Below are positions 38,600 through 51,375 of a stretch of DNA of 64,000 bases, one piece after another. Source of the stretch: Geosiphon pyriformis uo1 (lineage: Eukaryota > Fungi > Glomeromycota). A model generated the notes under the pieces. The model did not search any database, was not told where the DNA came from, and worked only from the letters and a program-made list of their open reading frames with translations. The stretch is taken from assembly GCA_016748015.1 (NCBI GenBank), contig JAAOMT010000735.1, positions 186,001-250,000 on the forward strand, given 5' to 3'. Both the position numbers and the translations under genes were made by a program. The stretch's first letter is position 1. Each line of letters begins with the position of its first letter.

Positions 38600-39720
38600 T
38601 AAATAAATAATATCAAATTTAATTTAATTTAATAACAAAAATAATATTTGAAATGTTTGAATAAAATATTTTATTTGATTAATATATTGTTTTATTCAAA
38701 ATATTTTTTTGGTGATTATTAATAAAATAAATTTTTATTTTATTTTTAAAACCTTTTTAATTTTAATAAATCTTATATTCGCAACTAGAGCAAAAAGAAG
38801 CAACAATTATTTTTATTATTATAAATAAAATAAAATAAAATAAAATAAAAACAACCACCACCACCATCAAAAAAGTTCTTTTAATAATAAAAAATTATTA
38901 GATAAAAATATTTTAAAAGCATTTTTTCTTGAATAATAAAGATTTAAAAATAATTTTTGGTTTTTTAAACAATATATTAAAAAAACAGTTTTAATATTGT
39001 TTCAATTATTATTATGAAAAGTTTCAAAACTTTTTAATATCAACTTTATTGTAAAAAAATTTTTAGTTTCTTTTTCGAAATTCACATTATTTAACTAATA
39101 ATAATAATAATTAATTTTTTTAAAATATTAAAAAATATTTTTTTCTTTAAATATATAACAATAATAGTTTTATGTTTTTTTAAAAAATTTTGAAACTGTT
39201 ATTACCTATTTTTAAAACCTAATATTTTTTAAAATAAAAATTAATTTAATTTAATTATTTTATACCAGTGTTTTTTATTAACAATATTATTAATTTTGTC
39301 CAAAAAACAAAAAACCCAAAGTTTTAATTTTTAATATTATTTATAAAAGTTATCAGTTTTTATTTAAATACTTTTTATTGTAATTGTATGTTTTATAAAT
39401 ATTTAAAATTTTATTTAGTAAAATTCTTTGTTTTTTTTTCATAAGCAATATTTATTTGTAAAATATTTTAATTTTTAATTTAAAACCCAAATTAAGATTT
39501 CTAATTTTTAAAGTTATTATTTGTTAAAAAAATTTAATGGTTTTTTTATTTTAAAAAAAAAATTTTTTAAAATTTTTCGCAATTTCTTGCTTCTTGTTTA
39601 CACATGTATTTAGTCGAATAAAATATTTATTTAAAAATTTTTTGTTATTAACACTTGATTTTTAAAATACTTTTAATATTCAATTAAGACCTAATTCTTG
39701 AGTTTTAATTTTTTTTTTAA
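38600..39720. other. Island of C/G-stripped sequence, probably a hypermutated repeat relic
   Basis: It has the same extreme AT composition as the readable relics at 0.8-23 kb. I could not recover a diagnostic motif. Confidence 0.35.
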
Positions 39721-41789
39721 AAAATATCAATCATTTTTAACAGGATAATAAAAGGCTTTTTTTTTTGTTAAAGAAAATAAAAAGTTAACTCGATATGAGA
39801 TAACACGAAATAGAATGCTTTTATCATTTTTATCAACTAAATATATAAAGTATTAATGCTATTCAGCATTTCAAAGTAAATAATAGAATTGAGTCATTTC
39901 TCTATCCTGAAAAAGAAATTTTAGGTTCAATAATTGATGCCGATTAAGCATCAAGTTAATTGTTAAATAGGATAATTGAAATACAAAAAAGCAGTAAATC
40001 AGATTTCGGTTGTTATGTTTTAGGGGAATAATATAATTGGTATATTATTGATTTCAGGTATTATTCAGTATGTCACGTGTAATTAAAAGAAAGAGCAACA
40101 TATTTTTTTAAAAAATTTTCATTAAAAAGTTTTCAGTTCAGTTACATAAATAAATTACAACTTGATTTTCATTATTATTATTATTTTCAGCTTTTTAGTT
40201 GAGAATTTCTTTTATTTACAATAATAATCCCTTACTACTTCAAAATATATTGATAGTTTTCATATTTGAAATTGGGGTAGCCATAACAAAAGATTGAGCT
40301 GGTTTATTTATTTATTAAAACCAACGAACGAAATTCTTTTGAACGATTTCTTTTTACTTGGCTAACTAAATCAAAAATAATTTCTAATACAACTTTCAAC
40401 TTTATTATCTGATTCTCGAATAAATTTAACCTTTGAATCGCTGAATTTGTGTAATGACAGAGGGCGACAAAATCTATTATGAGAAATATTTTAGATCATA
40501 TTTTTTTTATTTGTGCATAACTGGTTGTCCAAGGTTAAGTAATGTTTATTCATTGATTTTATACAAAAAACACTAATAGACTAATACTTTTGATTGAGTT
40601 GGTAATTATTTTATTTGCGACTCCAAATTTTAGATGGAGTATGATAACTTTTATCTCTGCCCAAAGATCTTCTTGATATACCTTGGAATCGTGTGAAAGT
40701 GCTTTCACCAGAAAAAAGAAAGGAACCCTTTCTTCGTTTTTTTTTTTTTATCAAATTTTCAGCCTATTTGAGTCATTTCTTACGATATGTTTAATAATTG
40801 CGGGTTTACACTCTTCCAAGTCTAACTTTTACAAGATTATAATATATTGTAGGATTGCATGCTAAAAAACAAACCATTTACTCTTGTTGATATTAATAGC
40901 CTTTCAAAACGTTACTCGTTTATGTCACTTATCAAATTATCAAATTTTAAGGGAAATCAAATTCGACTTAACCTTAAACAGGAAAGCCAAATTCAACCTT
41001 TGGAGTTAATTTCCCAAAACAAGGATTTTCACGATCAAAAATTCTTGCTTATTAAAAAAAAGCATCTGAATCCTATGTAAAAAAAGGTTGGGAAAATATA
41101 TTATAACTAATCACAAATCATGTTTCGATGAGAACTTTTGTATTATTCTTTATCTCTCGCATAAGAAATTATAATAATGCACGAGAAACAGTTCTCAAAA
41201 AATAATATTTATCCCATTTAAAGCCCATTTCCCACTATAATTTTAACCGTTCTTTTTCAAAGTTTTTATTTTCAAAACCTTGAATAAATTTAAAGTTCAA
41301 TGGTGAATATGTTGCTCCCGGAACAAGCATATTGATTTTATTAACTATAAAGTGTTATCTCAATAGTCATCTTTAATTTTCAAAGGCATGGTTCGCAATA
41401 AGAAATATCTTTCAGTTACATGTTTCTTTGAGAACAATCTTTTAAATAAAATTCCTTAAAATGTTGAAAAAGCAGAATTAGATTTATCCTATAAGCTTTG
41501 AAGCCTTTTTAAAGATTGAAAGTAAATTTGCACATTATTTTCAAATTTCAAAACAAAAATTTTATCCACAATAGTTTTAAATAATGCAGTAAATCAAAAA
41601 TAAAAATCCTAAATGTCAAAATGACAATTTCTCAAGAGGAACGGTTTATTTTATTTGAATAATTCCATAGCATACATTTTTTTGTACAAACTAGCTATTC
41701 TTTGTAAGAATTATAAATGCTGAAATATGTTGGCAATTCAATATTCTTACTATTAAATTTGGATTAGAATATATTTCAAGCTACCATTA

Positions 41790-42218
41790 CTATGGATTTT
41801 TCTTGCCAACATTATTATTTCCATTTTTGTTTCCATTATTGTTTCCAACATTACCATTTCCATTATTGTTTCCATTTCCACCCGTGGCTCTCTTGTCCCA
41901 TCTTCCGTTTCCACCCCAGCCTCGGTTTCCGTTTCCATTCCAGTTTCCATTCAAGCTTCCTCGGTTGAGGTTTCCGTTAAAGTTTCCGTTTCCAGAACCT
42001 CGGTTGAGGTTTCCGTTAAAGTTTCCGTTTCCAGAACCCCGGTTGAGGTTTCCGTTAAAGTTTCCGTTTCCACTACCAATGTTTCCGTTTCCGTTTCCGT
42101 TTCCATTTCCACCAAAGCCATATCCACCGTCAAAGTCAAATCCACCTGGGAGGGGCGACGAAGTAACAAATTCAAATAAAACAAAAACGAGAAGGATAAC
42201 TGAAGTTAAAAAACGCAT
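41790..42218 (-). CDS. Small secreted Gly/Asn-rich repeat protein, 142 aa
   Basis: ATG at 42218 (MRFLTSVILLVFVLFEFVTS-SPLP, signal-peptide-like). Three 39-bp repeats (41959-42075) encode GSGNGNFNGNLNR. Dibasic site WDKR/AT. The ORF-track start at 42284 is a non-ATG extension. Confidence 0.85.
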   Translation of the reverse strand: MRFLTSVILLVFVLFEFVTSSPLPGGFDFDGGYGFGGNGNGNGNGNIGSGNGNFNGNLNRGSGNGNFNGNLNRGSGNGNFNGNLNRGSLNGNWNGNGNRGWGGNGRWDKRATGGNGNNNGNGNVGNNNGNKNGNNNVGKKNP

Positions 42219-42348
42219 TTTAAAAATGTTGGCTTTCTCCTTTGAAAAATTTGAAATTATGAACAAAAATTGTTTCTTAACCAAATTGATCTTTGTATTA
42301 AAATCAAAGGGGAAGATGAGGGTGTTTGGGGGGACTGATTGAAGCTCC

Positions 42349-42355
42349 TTTTATA
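42349..42355 (-). promoter_or_regulatory. Putative TATA box (TATAAAA) of the Gly/Asn repeat gene
   Basis: The minus strand reads CTTATAAAAGGAGC about 130 bp upstream of the ATG. The AT-rich background limits certainty. Confidence 0.45.
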
Positions 42356-43849
42356 AGATTTTTTTGTCAAGTATAACTTTCGGAAAATTGTCTATTTCCC
42401 GTTTGTTTAAAGATATTTTCCCAACTATAATAATTGATTTCATTCAACTCTTTTTTTGGTATAATACACAAGCTAGCTGATTTGGTTACAGATTCAATTT
42501 TAGATTTTTAGATTGTTCTTTGGGTTTTTAACCCAATCAGTTGGGAATATTGGTAATTTCCCAAAACTAAATTAATTTGGTAAATTAATTTCTTGTTCCA
42601 CGAATATTTTCATAAAAATGATTGAGCAAAGCTTGTGATAATTTGCTAAATACTGCCATTATCTTTCTATGGTATATATAATCTAAAGGGTGATGTCAAT
42701 TCTCCAAATCAGAACAGAAAATTAACACAAGAGGTTTTCAGTGTCATATTTTAGAACAAATTGAATGCCCAAAATAGTAATATTTGACATATAAGCCACT
42801 TCTATCTTTGAAAGCCAAGCTTAGTTAAGTACACATCGTAATATAATAAGAATTTTTCGTATTTTCGGCTCTTTGAAATTTGCTCATATTCAGCCAATTA
42901 ATTTGGCAATTCGCAAGGCTTTAACCAACTAAATTCCATGATATAATATTTCCATTATTTTGGATTTTCTTGTGAATATCTTAAAGATCTTATCTTAAAT
43001 ATTAAATTTCTCAAAGATTGGCTGGGGCAATATTTGGGAATAAAGATAATGGGAGGAAATAAATTAATTGGGCGAAATCCACGGTTTTCTAAAAATAAAT
43101 CTCCAAAATTTATCTAAAATTGCCAATATGACCTCTTCCATTTTCAGTCAAAATTCCCTGCCTGTGTGAATATCTCGAATTAATAATCTGATCTAATAAA
43201 TATTTGCTGAACCATTATAATCATCTCATTGTAATCTATGTCATTTGAACTGGTTTTTATTTCAATATTTCTACAAAATGAGATCGCTCTTAAGCTGAAT
43301 ACTCACATTTAATACGAATTGAATTTGAAATACAATTTTCCCTTCAAAGACGAAAGCTAATTAGTAAGATTTTGTGTAGCAAAGAAAACAGAAGTTGAAA
43401 ATACAGCCTGGGAATATTTTATTTTTTCATAAAACAGAAGATTACATCCATCGTTTAAAATAGTATTATACTGTATATTGACAAAATATAAACTTTAGCC
43501 TTCAAATCATCATGAATTATACTCAAAAAAATTGATGATTTAAAATTAAGAGGTAAAATTATATGCTTTATTTTTATACGTATAAATTAATTTATTTAAA
43601 TAATTTATACAATAATTATATAGGCATGTTTAATATGGATTTTCAAATTGGTTTTAATTCTATTAAAAAACATTTTATATTATTAACATTTAAGAATATT
43701 AATTTACAAATTAATATTAAAAAAGTCTTTAATGATTTTTTTTTACATGGAATCATTTTTATTAAAAGAGTTGGCTGCTTTAAAAAAAGAAAAGAGAAAA
43801 GGTTGTTTCTTCACTTTTTTAGATTTTTTGATTATTTTAAGCAGATATA

Positions 43850-45800
43850 AAAAAATAAAGAAAAAAAGTAGTTTTATTATTAGTTTGTCGTTAAAAATCT
43901 TAAGATTTTTTATAATAATAGTAATTATGTTAAGATTGGTCTTAATTATTTAGAAAAGATTTTAAATGAAAAAAAAACTCTTACTTAAATCCAAAAATAG
44001 TGTTTTGAAACCAATAAAAAATTATTATTTATTTAAAAGAAATGTTTTTACAAAGTGTTATTAAGTAGGTTTAATAGCTGTAAATATTTTATTAATAAAA
44101 ATATTATCAATAATTATAAAAATACAAAACTAATATTGTTATTTAAAAAAAGCAAATTATATTTATTTTAATTTAGATTTTTATGGTCTTGGTAATTTTA
44201 ATTATTTTTTAAAAACTTTTAATTTTATAAAATATATTAATCATTATTATATATTTTACTTATTTTTATTTTTAAATTTTATTATTTGAAATAGTTAATA
44301 TTTTTATTAAATAAATAAAAATAATTTTATTTTAAGATTTATTAATTAATTTATTTTAACAAATAAATTTTTTATTAACATATTAAAAAAAAGAAACCTC
44401 TTTTTTTTTCTTATTTTTATGATTATATTTGTAAAATAAAATAGTTATAACTTTTATTTTGATATTTTTTTACTAATTCTAATATTTAAAAAGCTTTTTT
44501 TAAAATAAAAACAGTTAAACAAGATTTTTTTAAAAATTTTTTTATTCAAAGTTTTTTTTAAGTATTTAATTAAGACTAGTTCTAATATAATTACCATTAT
44601 TAAAAAAGTTTAAAATTTTTTAATAACAAACTAATTGTAAAATTATTTTTTTATTATTTTTAAATGACCAAAAAATCAAAAAACCTAAAAAACCATTTTT
44701 TTTTCTTTTTTTAAAACAATCAATCTTTTTATTTAGATAATAGCAATAACAATTATGTTTATTAAAGTTGGTTTTAATTAATATATAATTAAATTACTTA
44801 ATATATTAAATTCTAATTAATCTTTATTAATTTTAAAAACAAACTAAATTATGTTTTATATATAATTTTAATTAATTAATCTATTGAGTTTTTTAATTTT
44901 AAGAATTAAACTAATTAAATAAAAATTAAAACATCTTTTTTTTCCTATTTTTTAGTAATATTGTTTTTAGTAATAATTGAAAAATTATTACAAATTATTA
45001 AAATTTTTTTAAATAAGTGGTTTTTGCTTTGATATTTAATAAAATTACAAAAGGTTAATTAAATTTATATTAAGTTTGTTTTTTAATTTTAAATAGTTTT
45101 TTGGTTTAAAGTTAATTATAAAAAACAATATTAAGCTTTTTTGTAAGAAATTTATATCCTAAATTTTTTTAAATATTATTATTTATATTTGTTTGTTAAT
45201 CTCATTTTTTTATTATTTTTAAGATTATAAAATTTTTTATAATATTTGTTTTTGCTTTTTTGTAGTTACTTTGTATAATATTTTTTGAGTGTTTTTGGTA
45301 AAATTGTTATTATTAAAATAAAATCTGTTAGTTATAATAATATACTATTGTGTATTTTAAGTTTTTTGAAACTGTTTTTACTTGGTAATCGATTTTAATA
45401 ATAAAAAATAATTTATTATTATTATTTTTAAGTTTAAAAAAGCTTTTCTATAAAATAACTGCTAAAACTAATATTTTATACAAAAATTATATTTAATAAA
45501 AAACTTTTGAATATTAGCATTATTACCAATATTAAAGTTTAAATTATGGTATTTATTTATAAAACTTTTTTTGCTGTTTCTCTTAAGCAAAATTTTAAGT
45601 TTTCTTTTATGTTCAAAATTTTTGCTAATTAATTTATTAAATCTATATTTTATGTTAAAGCTATTGTTTTTTTAATTGTTTTTTTTGGCTGTTAAAGTTG
45701 TTTTGTTTCTCTAAAAGCTTAAATTAAGTATATTATTAATTTAATTATTATTGTATTTAAATATTTTAGTCGATTTAAAGATAAGAAAAAGACTTAATTG
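43850..45800. mobile_element. Hypermutated repeat relic, probably a retroelement on the - strand
   Basis: Sharp-edged C/G-stripped island like those at 0.8-23 kb. Only weak gag-like traces are readable and the family is not assigned. Confidence 0.4.
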
Positions 45801-48405
45801 TTTAATATAAGTAATTTTGAAGGTAATAAATCATTTATTATCAATAATAAAATATATATATAACATAACATATACTATAATAGAAAATAAAATTAAGTTT
45901 AATAAAAATACAATTAAAGAATTATTACACAAACTTGTTAAGAATGAAAAGATTTTTGCCAAGTATTTTGACAAGATTAAATCATTAGATGTTTTTGTTT
46001 AAAAATAAATAAATATTTATTGGCTTAGACCTAAATAATTAGTTATGTATTGTAAAAATATGAGCCAAAGCTATAGTTTAATTTTTAGAAATAAGAACAA
46101 TACAGGTTTTTGGTAAAATTACACTTAGTTTAAACATAAAAAAAAATCAATTAATTATTGACTAAGTTGTTAATTTACTATATTATGTTCTTTAAAAAAT
46201 TCAGAATCTTTTATAAAATATATAATGTAAAAGTTAAATGAATTAAATATCAAAAAAAACATTAATAATTAGTATATAAAACTGTTATATTCTTTTTTTG
46301 GATCTGCTTGAGATTTAATGTGTAAAATTATAATGCATTAATTGTGTGAATTTTAAAAGACAATTATTCTTTCTTTTATATTTAAATTGTATGAGTTTTC
46401 CAATTTTCTGAGATTATTTTCAATAATTCAGAGAATTTTTGTTATTTGCAAGATTTAAATGAATAGACTGGTAATCTTGTAAAAAATTTGATTTTTTTAT
46501 TATTGTGAAAATTAGTTTACAACCCCAAAACCAATTTTAAAATAAATTTCGCTTTAATCAAGCTTTTACCATAATAAAGTGAACATTATTAAGAATTGAC
46601 TTTGTAAACAGACTCTAAAATTGTTATTTGAATAATGATTGATTAGACAAATTTTGGAAGAAATGTAAATCTCATAAAGGTAATTCTTTTCTTTCAATTT
46701 AAAGTTGCTCATGTTAAGAAATGAGTTTCGATATTGTTTTATTAAATTTCTATTCAATGACGTTCTCACTGATAGTTTTACCCAAAATACCGTTAATTTA
46801 ACATTTCAAATCGTTTAATATATTCAAAAAGAAAACCCTGTAAAAGTTTCGCTAGCGATCTTTCTGCAAACCGCTTTTACGAAAGCTTTGAAAGTACTCC
46901 GAATTTGGAATTTCACAAAACGAGACTCTCGTCGATGATATTAAAAGATTTTTGAGTATCGCTGACCCAAATGATAGCTTTACGTTGTACTTAAAAAGTA
47001 ATTATCAAATCTTACCTTTCGAAGTTTTTATGTTTTTTCAGTTTAATTGAATTATCAATCTTTTAAGTTTTAATATAGGATCTAAATCAGGTTTCACATA
47101 TTTAATTTTTGAATACAATTTTTTATTTAATTTAAGTTTTGATAGTGCTTTCTATAATAGTAGAATTCCAAGTTGTAAAAGAAAGTATAAGAAATTAGTA
47201 AATGACCCAAATTGAATATTTTCTAATATTTTTTGAATAATTGGGCATTTTATTTATTAAATTATTCAAAATTATATTATTATTATTATTATTATTAAAC
47301 AGGATTCTTTTACTTTTTTAAATACTTTAAACTAATTATTAAAAATCTATTAAATTTCTACATATAAAAGAATCATTTTTTATATGCTTGTATTTTTAAC
47401 TGTTATATATTTTATTTTTTAGATTAATAAAGCAAAAATTTTTGATTATTGACAAGTTGGTAGAAATACTTTAAAATAATCTATTTTAAATAAAACAGCT
47501 TGGAGAATTCTTTTCTAAAAAAATAATTTCTTTTAATAAAAAATGATTCAAGCATCAATTGGTTTTCAAATCTATTTTAACATTGTGTGTACAATTTTAA
47601 AAAAAATTAGATTAAAAAATTCTTTGTTTATTTGCCAATTTTCACAATTTTTGTGAATACTTATTACATGCATCAAAAATCATCTTAATATCTGAAGTTA
47701 AAAATAAAACTTGATCAGAAAACTTAAAACTATCAAGTATTTTGAAAGTTAAAAATTCAAATTTAGATTTAGATTTAAAAAACTGTAAACATTAAAACAA
47801 TTAAATTAATGTTTTATTTAAATAATAAAACTTTTAATCCGAAAAAATAAAAATGAGCACTTTCAATGATAATTTGTTTTTTATTATTTTTGTTTGGTTT
47901 TTTTTTCCAATTAAATTTTAATTTTAAACTATGAAAAACGGTATAAAAAGTTTTGATTTATCATTTTGCAAATATTCCCAATATATATATTTTTTTTAAA
48001 ATAAACCTGAAATATTTTTCACAGTTCTTCAAACTATTTCAAGATTTTCAATAAAATTTTGAAAATTTTAAATTTCTTTTTTTGAACTAAATATCATTAA
48101 AAACATCAATTTAATTTTTTTATTTTTTACATATAATTAATTTTTATATGTAAAAAAAATGACCATATTTTATTTTTAGACAAAATATCTTGAAATTTGG
48201 ACACATCATATTCTCAAAAATTAATTGCTTGTAAGAATTTTCTATGTATATCTCAGAAAAATAACTTCAGAAAAAGAATTTTCTCACATTTGAATACTTT
48301 TTTTAAAGCCTATGTCTTAAAATATAATTTGTTTTTATGTATCTATTGTGTTAAAAAGTACGAGCCCTGGTCTATATTGAATTATAAATTCTATAATTAT
48401 TTACA

Positions 48406-49803
48406 TTACATATTGAAATTTTTTCCGCATTTTCCCATAGTATATCCAAAATAGGGTCCATTATGAGATTTAATATAAGAACTAAAATCATGAGACGGTT
48501 TTTCTGCTAGTTTTTTTCGGAATTCATTTTCGTAGGTCAAATTACAATTCTATCAAAAGAAGAATTTAGCTGAAAATTGATCATAAATTAAATGCCAATT
48601 AATTCATTTTAAAAGAAAAATCCAAAATAATCTATCATTAATTCTTACCTGACTTTCTTGGCCATCACCATCATCACATTGAAAAATTGTAAAAACTTTT
48701 TGATTTACATTCCCAAACGTACAAGCACAACTTAGCTCATCGGAGATCCAATATTCAATATTAGGATGTTTGAATTTGGGTCCAAGAAGAAGTGGAACAT
48801 AATCATTTTTAAATGTTACTCGGTTCACAAAAACACAACAATCTAGGCTATATGAAATTGAACTGTCACCAATACGTGGAGCTCCAAACGTAGTAGCTTC
48901 AATTTTAATTCCCCTTGTTATTTCAAATAAATTTAAGGCGGCATAGATTGCAAATGCTTATTTCAAAAAGATTTGATCGATTAGAATGATCAAGTTAGGT
49001 GAAAGTTTAAAGAATTATCGAATTGAATAAAAGATTATTCATTACCTCCTCCTTCCCCATGACCAGTGAAAAGATACACATGATTTTTATAATATGGATT
49101 ATCTAAATATATTTTTAATAATTTCAAAACTTTTCCTTTACCACCATCATGGTACTTCTTAAAGGCATCTGATGGAACAAAAATGGGGTATATTCCAGAA
49201 TTAGGGTATTTGAAAGAAGCATTAGATTTATCCCGTCTTATCATTTCATCAAATGTCAATTTTCTTCCTCTTAGTTGAATAATGATAGCGCGAGAAAGTC
49301 CATATCTTGTCTGGATTGGCCTGTAGCTTGGAAGAACCCATGCTGTGGCCAAAAGTATTCAACTTTCCAGATCAATAATTCAATTTCTATGAAAATTGAA
49401 AAATTTATTGCAAAGAACTTAAAATGTCTCTACCATAAATATCATTTTCAAGGATGCCGCTATCTTCTAATAAACAATAGGTTTGGTGTGCATAGAAAGC
49501 CATTTCAGAGAGAAACTGTAATTTTTGCAAATCTAGTACTTTTGACGGTTTTTGAACACCAAAGATTCTTTTTTTTAATTTCATTTTTGACAATTCTTTT
49601 TTTTCAAAAGGATTTTTTATTAATACTAATTTTTCATGGAAATATTGTGAATTCATTTCATTTGAAAGTTGTAATTGTGAAATATTTTTTTTCTGAATTC
49701 TAGAAAATTTTTCTGAATTTGATGATGTGAATCTGAAGCTGAAAGAATTTAAATAGATTGTGATTATAATAATGAAAAAAACCAAAAACCAAAAATTCAG
49801 CAT
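48406..49803 (-). CDS. Class 3 lipase-like protein lacking the catalytic serine (GHGEGG), 4 exons, 372 aa, hydrophobic N-terminus
   Basis: Exons 49803-49434, 49342-49046, 48956-48649 and 48549-48406 with GT-AG introns give an open 1119-nt CDS. Motifs: AFYAHQTYC, IQLRG, LFTGHGEGGAFA, TFGAPRIGD, RVTFKNDYVP, HPNIEYWI, SHNGPYFGYTMGKC. The first acceptor was chosen by frame. Confidence 0.88.
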
Positions 49804-51375
49804 TTTAGTTTAAACCTTAATTTTAAATTTTTGACAGTCTTTTTTTATATCTTGTATCTGTTATGCTGCTTTTTTTTATAATGTTTATGTTTTTTGTCGG
49901 GAGAATGACAGAGTCGCAATTCGGGTTATACAAGCGTTAAACTGAGGCTTGATTTTCAAATTATCATTTACCCGAAATCTAATCTTACAATCTTTGCCAA
50001 TTTTATTAGACAATTTTGTGAAAGTGTTTTGAAATTTACGAAAAATTAAATCCGAAGTCTATTTTCGGTTACATATTAAAATATTGATGGAGATATATAG
50101 GTTTTGTAAGAATTTTAACTTGTCTTTTGAAAAAGGAAAAACAATAAAATAGTTGGAAAGACAAAAAATTAAATTACCAACCATAAAATTATCAGGTCTG
50201 TATATTTAGATCTAGCCACAATTTAAATCTTATTTATTTTTAAAACACATTACCTAGATATTGAGCATTAAGTATAAAATATTTTCAAGAGAAATCTTTT
50301 ATTAATATTAAATCAAACTTTTTATTATACATGTATTTAAATTGATTGGTAGAAAATTTTACTTTGAACTTTTTCATTAAATTGCATAAAATAGATTTTT
50401 TTTTAACCCAACTTAATGGTTACATTGACCATATATTTGCTACATCTTTGTAGTGAGCTCATGGCATTTGAAATAAGAGATTGTTGTACATGTTTTCAAC
50501 CCAGTCAATTTAGCACGGGATGATTTATCATTTATAATATAATAGATAAAAGATGAGATTGAATTTATAGAAAAGATATGGTCTTTCTTTATTTTTTAAT
50601 TTAGAAAAAAAAGAAAGAAATTTTGAATCAATCAAGAGAATTATACCATAAATTTTTTAGTAAATCTATTTTCTAAAGGAGTTAAAAATAACCCAATGAT
50701 AATATTGATGATTTTTCAATAAGGATACCTTTGGAATGGCCAAATTTGAGTCTCTTTTCTTAAATAGCTATAGAAGTTTTCGTTATCTTGATTAAGACTT
50801 CAAAATTCCGGTTTACTAGTAGGGAAAACCTAGGTTTTGCAAGATAAATTGAAGTCAGATTTATCCAGGTTTTCGAGTAAATCGTTCAAAATAGAGCAGA
50901 ATCTTTAAAAAGAAATTTAAAGGATAAATTAATGCAATATTTTATTCATGATAAAAAGCCTTTTCATCATCTCATTTTTTAAATATAAATTTTTTATCAA
51001 GAAAAAATTTAAAACCATTTGAAGCCTTTCAAAATAGAAATGTGAAAGTCTTTTGGTTTGCCAAATTTATGTAAAGATCCTTCCTAAAAACGAATAACCC
51101 AAATTTCGGATTAGTCATTTTACCTTGTTATTGGGAAACCGTTAAACGTGGTAATTAAAGACTCAAGAAAAGCCTTAAACATTATACAAATATTTTACAA
51201 ATCTAATATGGTAGTCATTATAAAGAAACAAACAAACAAACATTTACTTCACACACATATATATATATATATATATACTGTTATCTTTAAAAAGCTTAGA
51301 ATGAATGAATCATTACCTGGACATGCTCTTTGCATCAAAAACTAAAATTATTCAATCTAACTTGAGCTTGAAAAC

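Noticed and set aside
41753-42342. Overlapping ORFs 41803-42342 (+, PF-rich), 41753-41950 and 41951-42184 (ET-rich)
   Set aside because: They are shadow frames of the Gly/Asn repeat gene. Only that frame has an ATG with a signal peptide.
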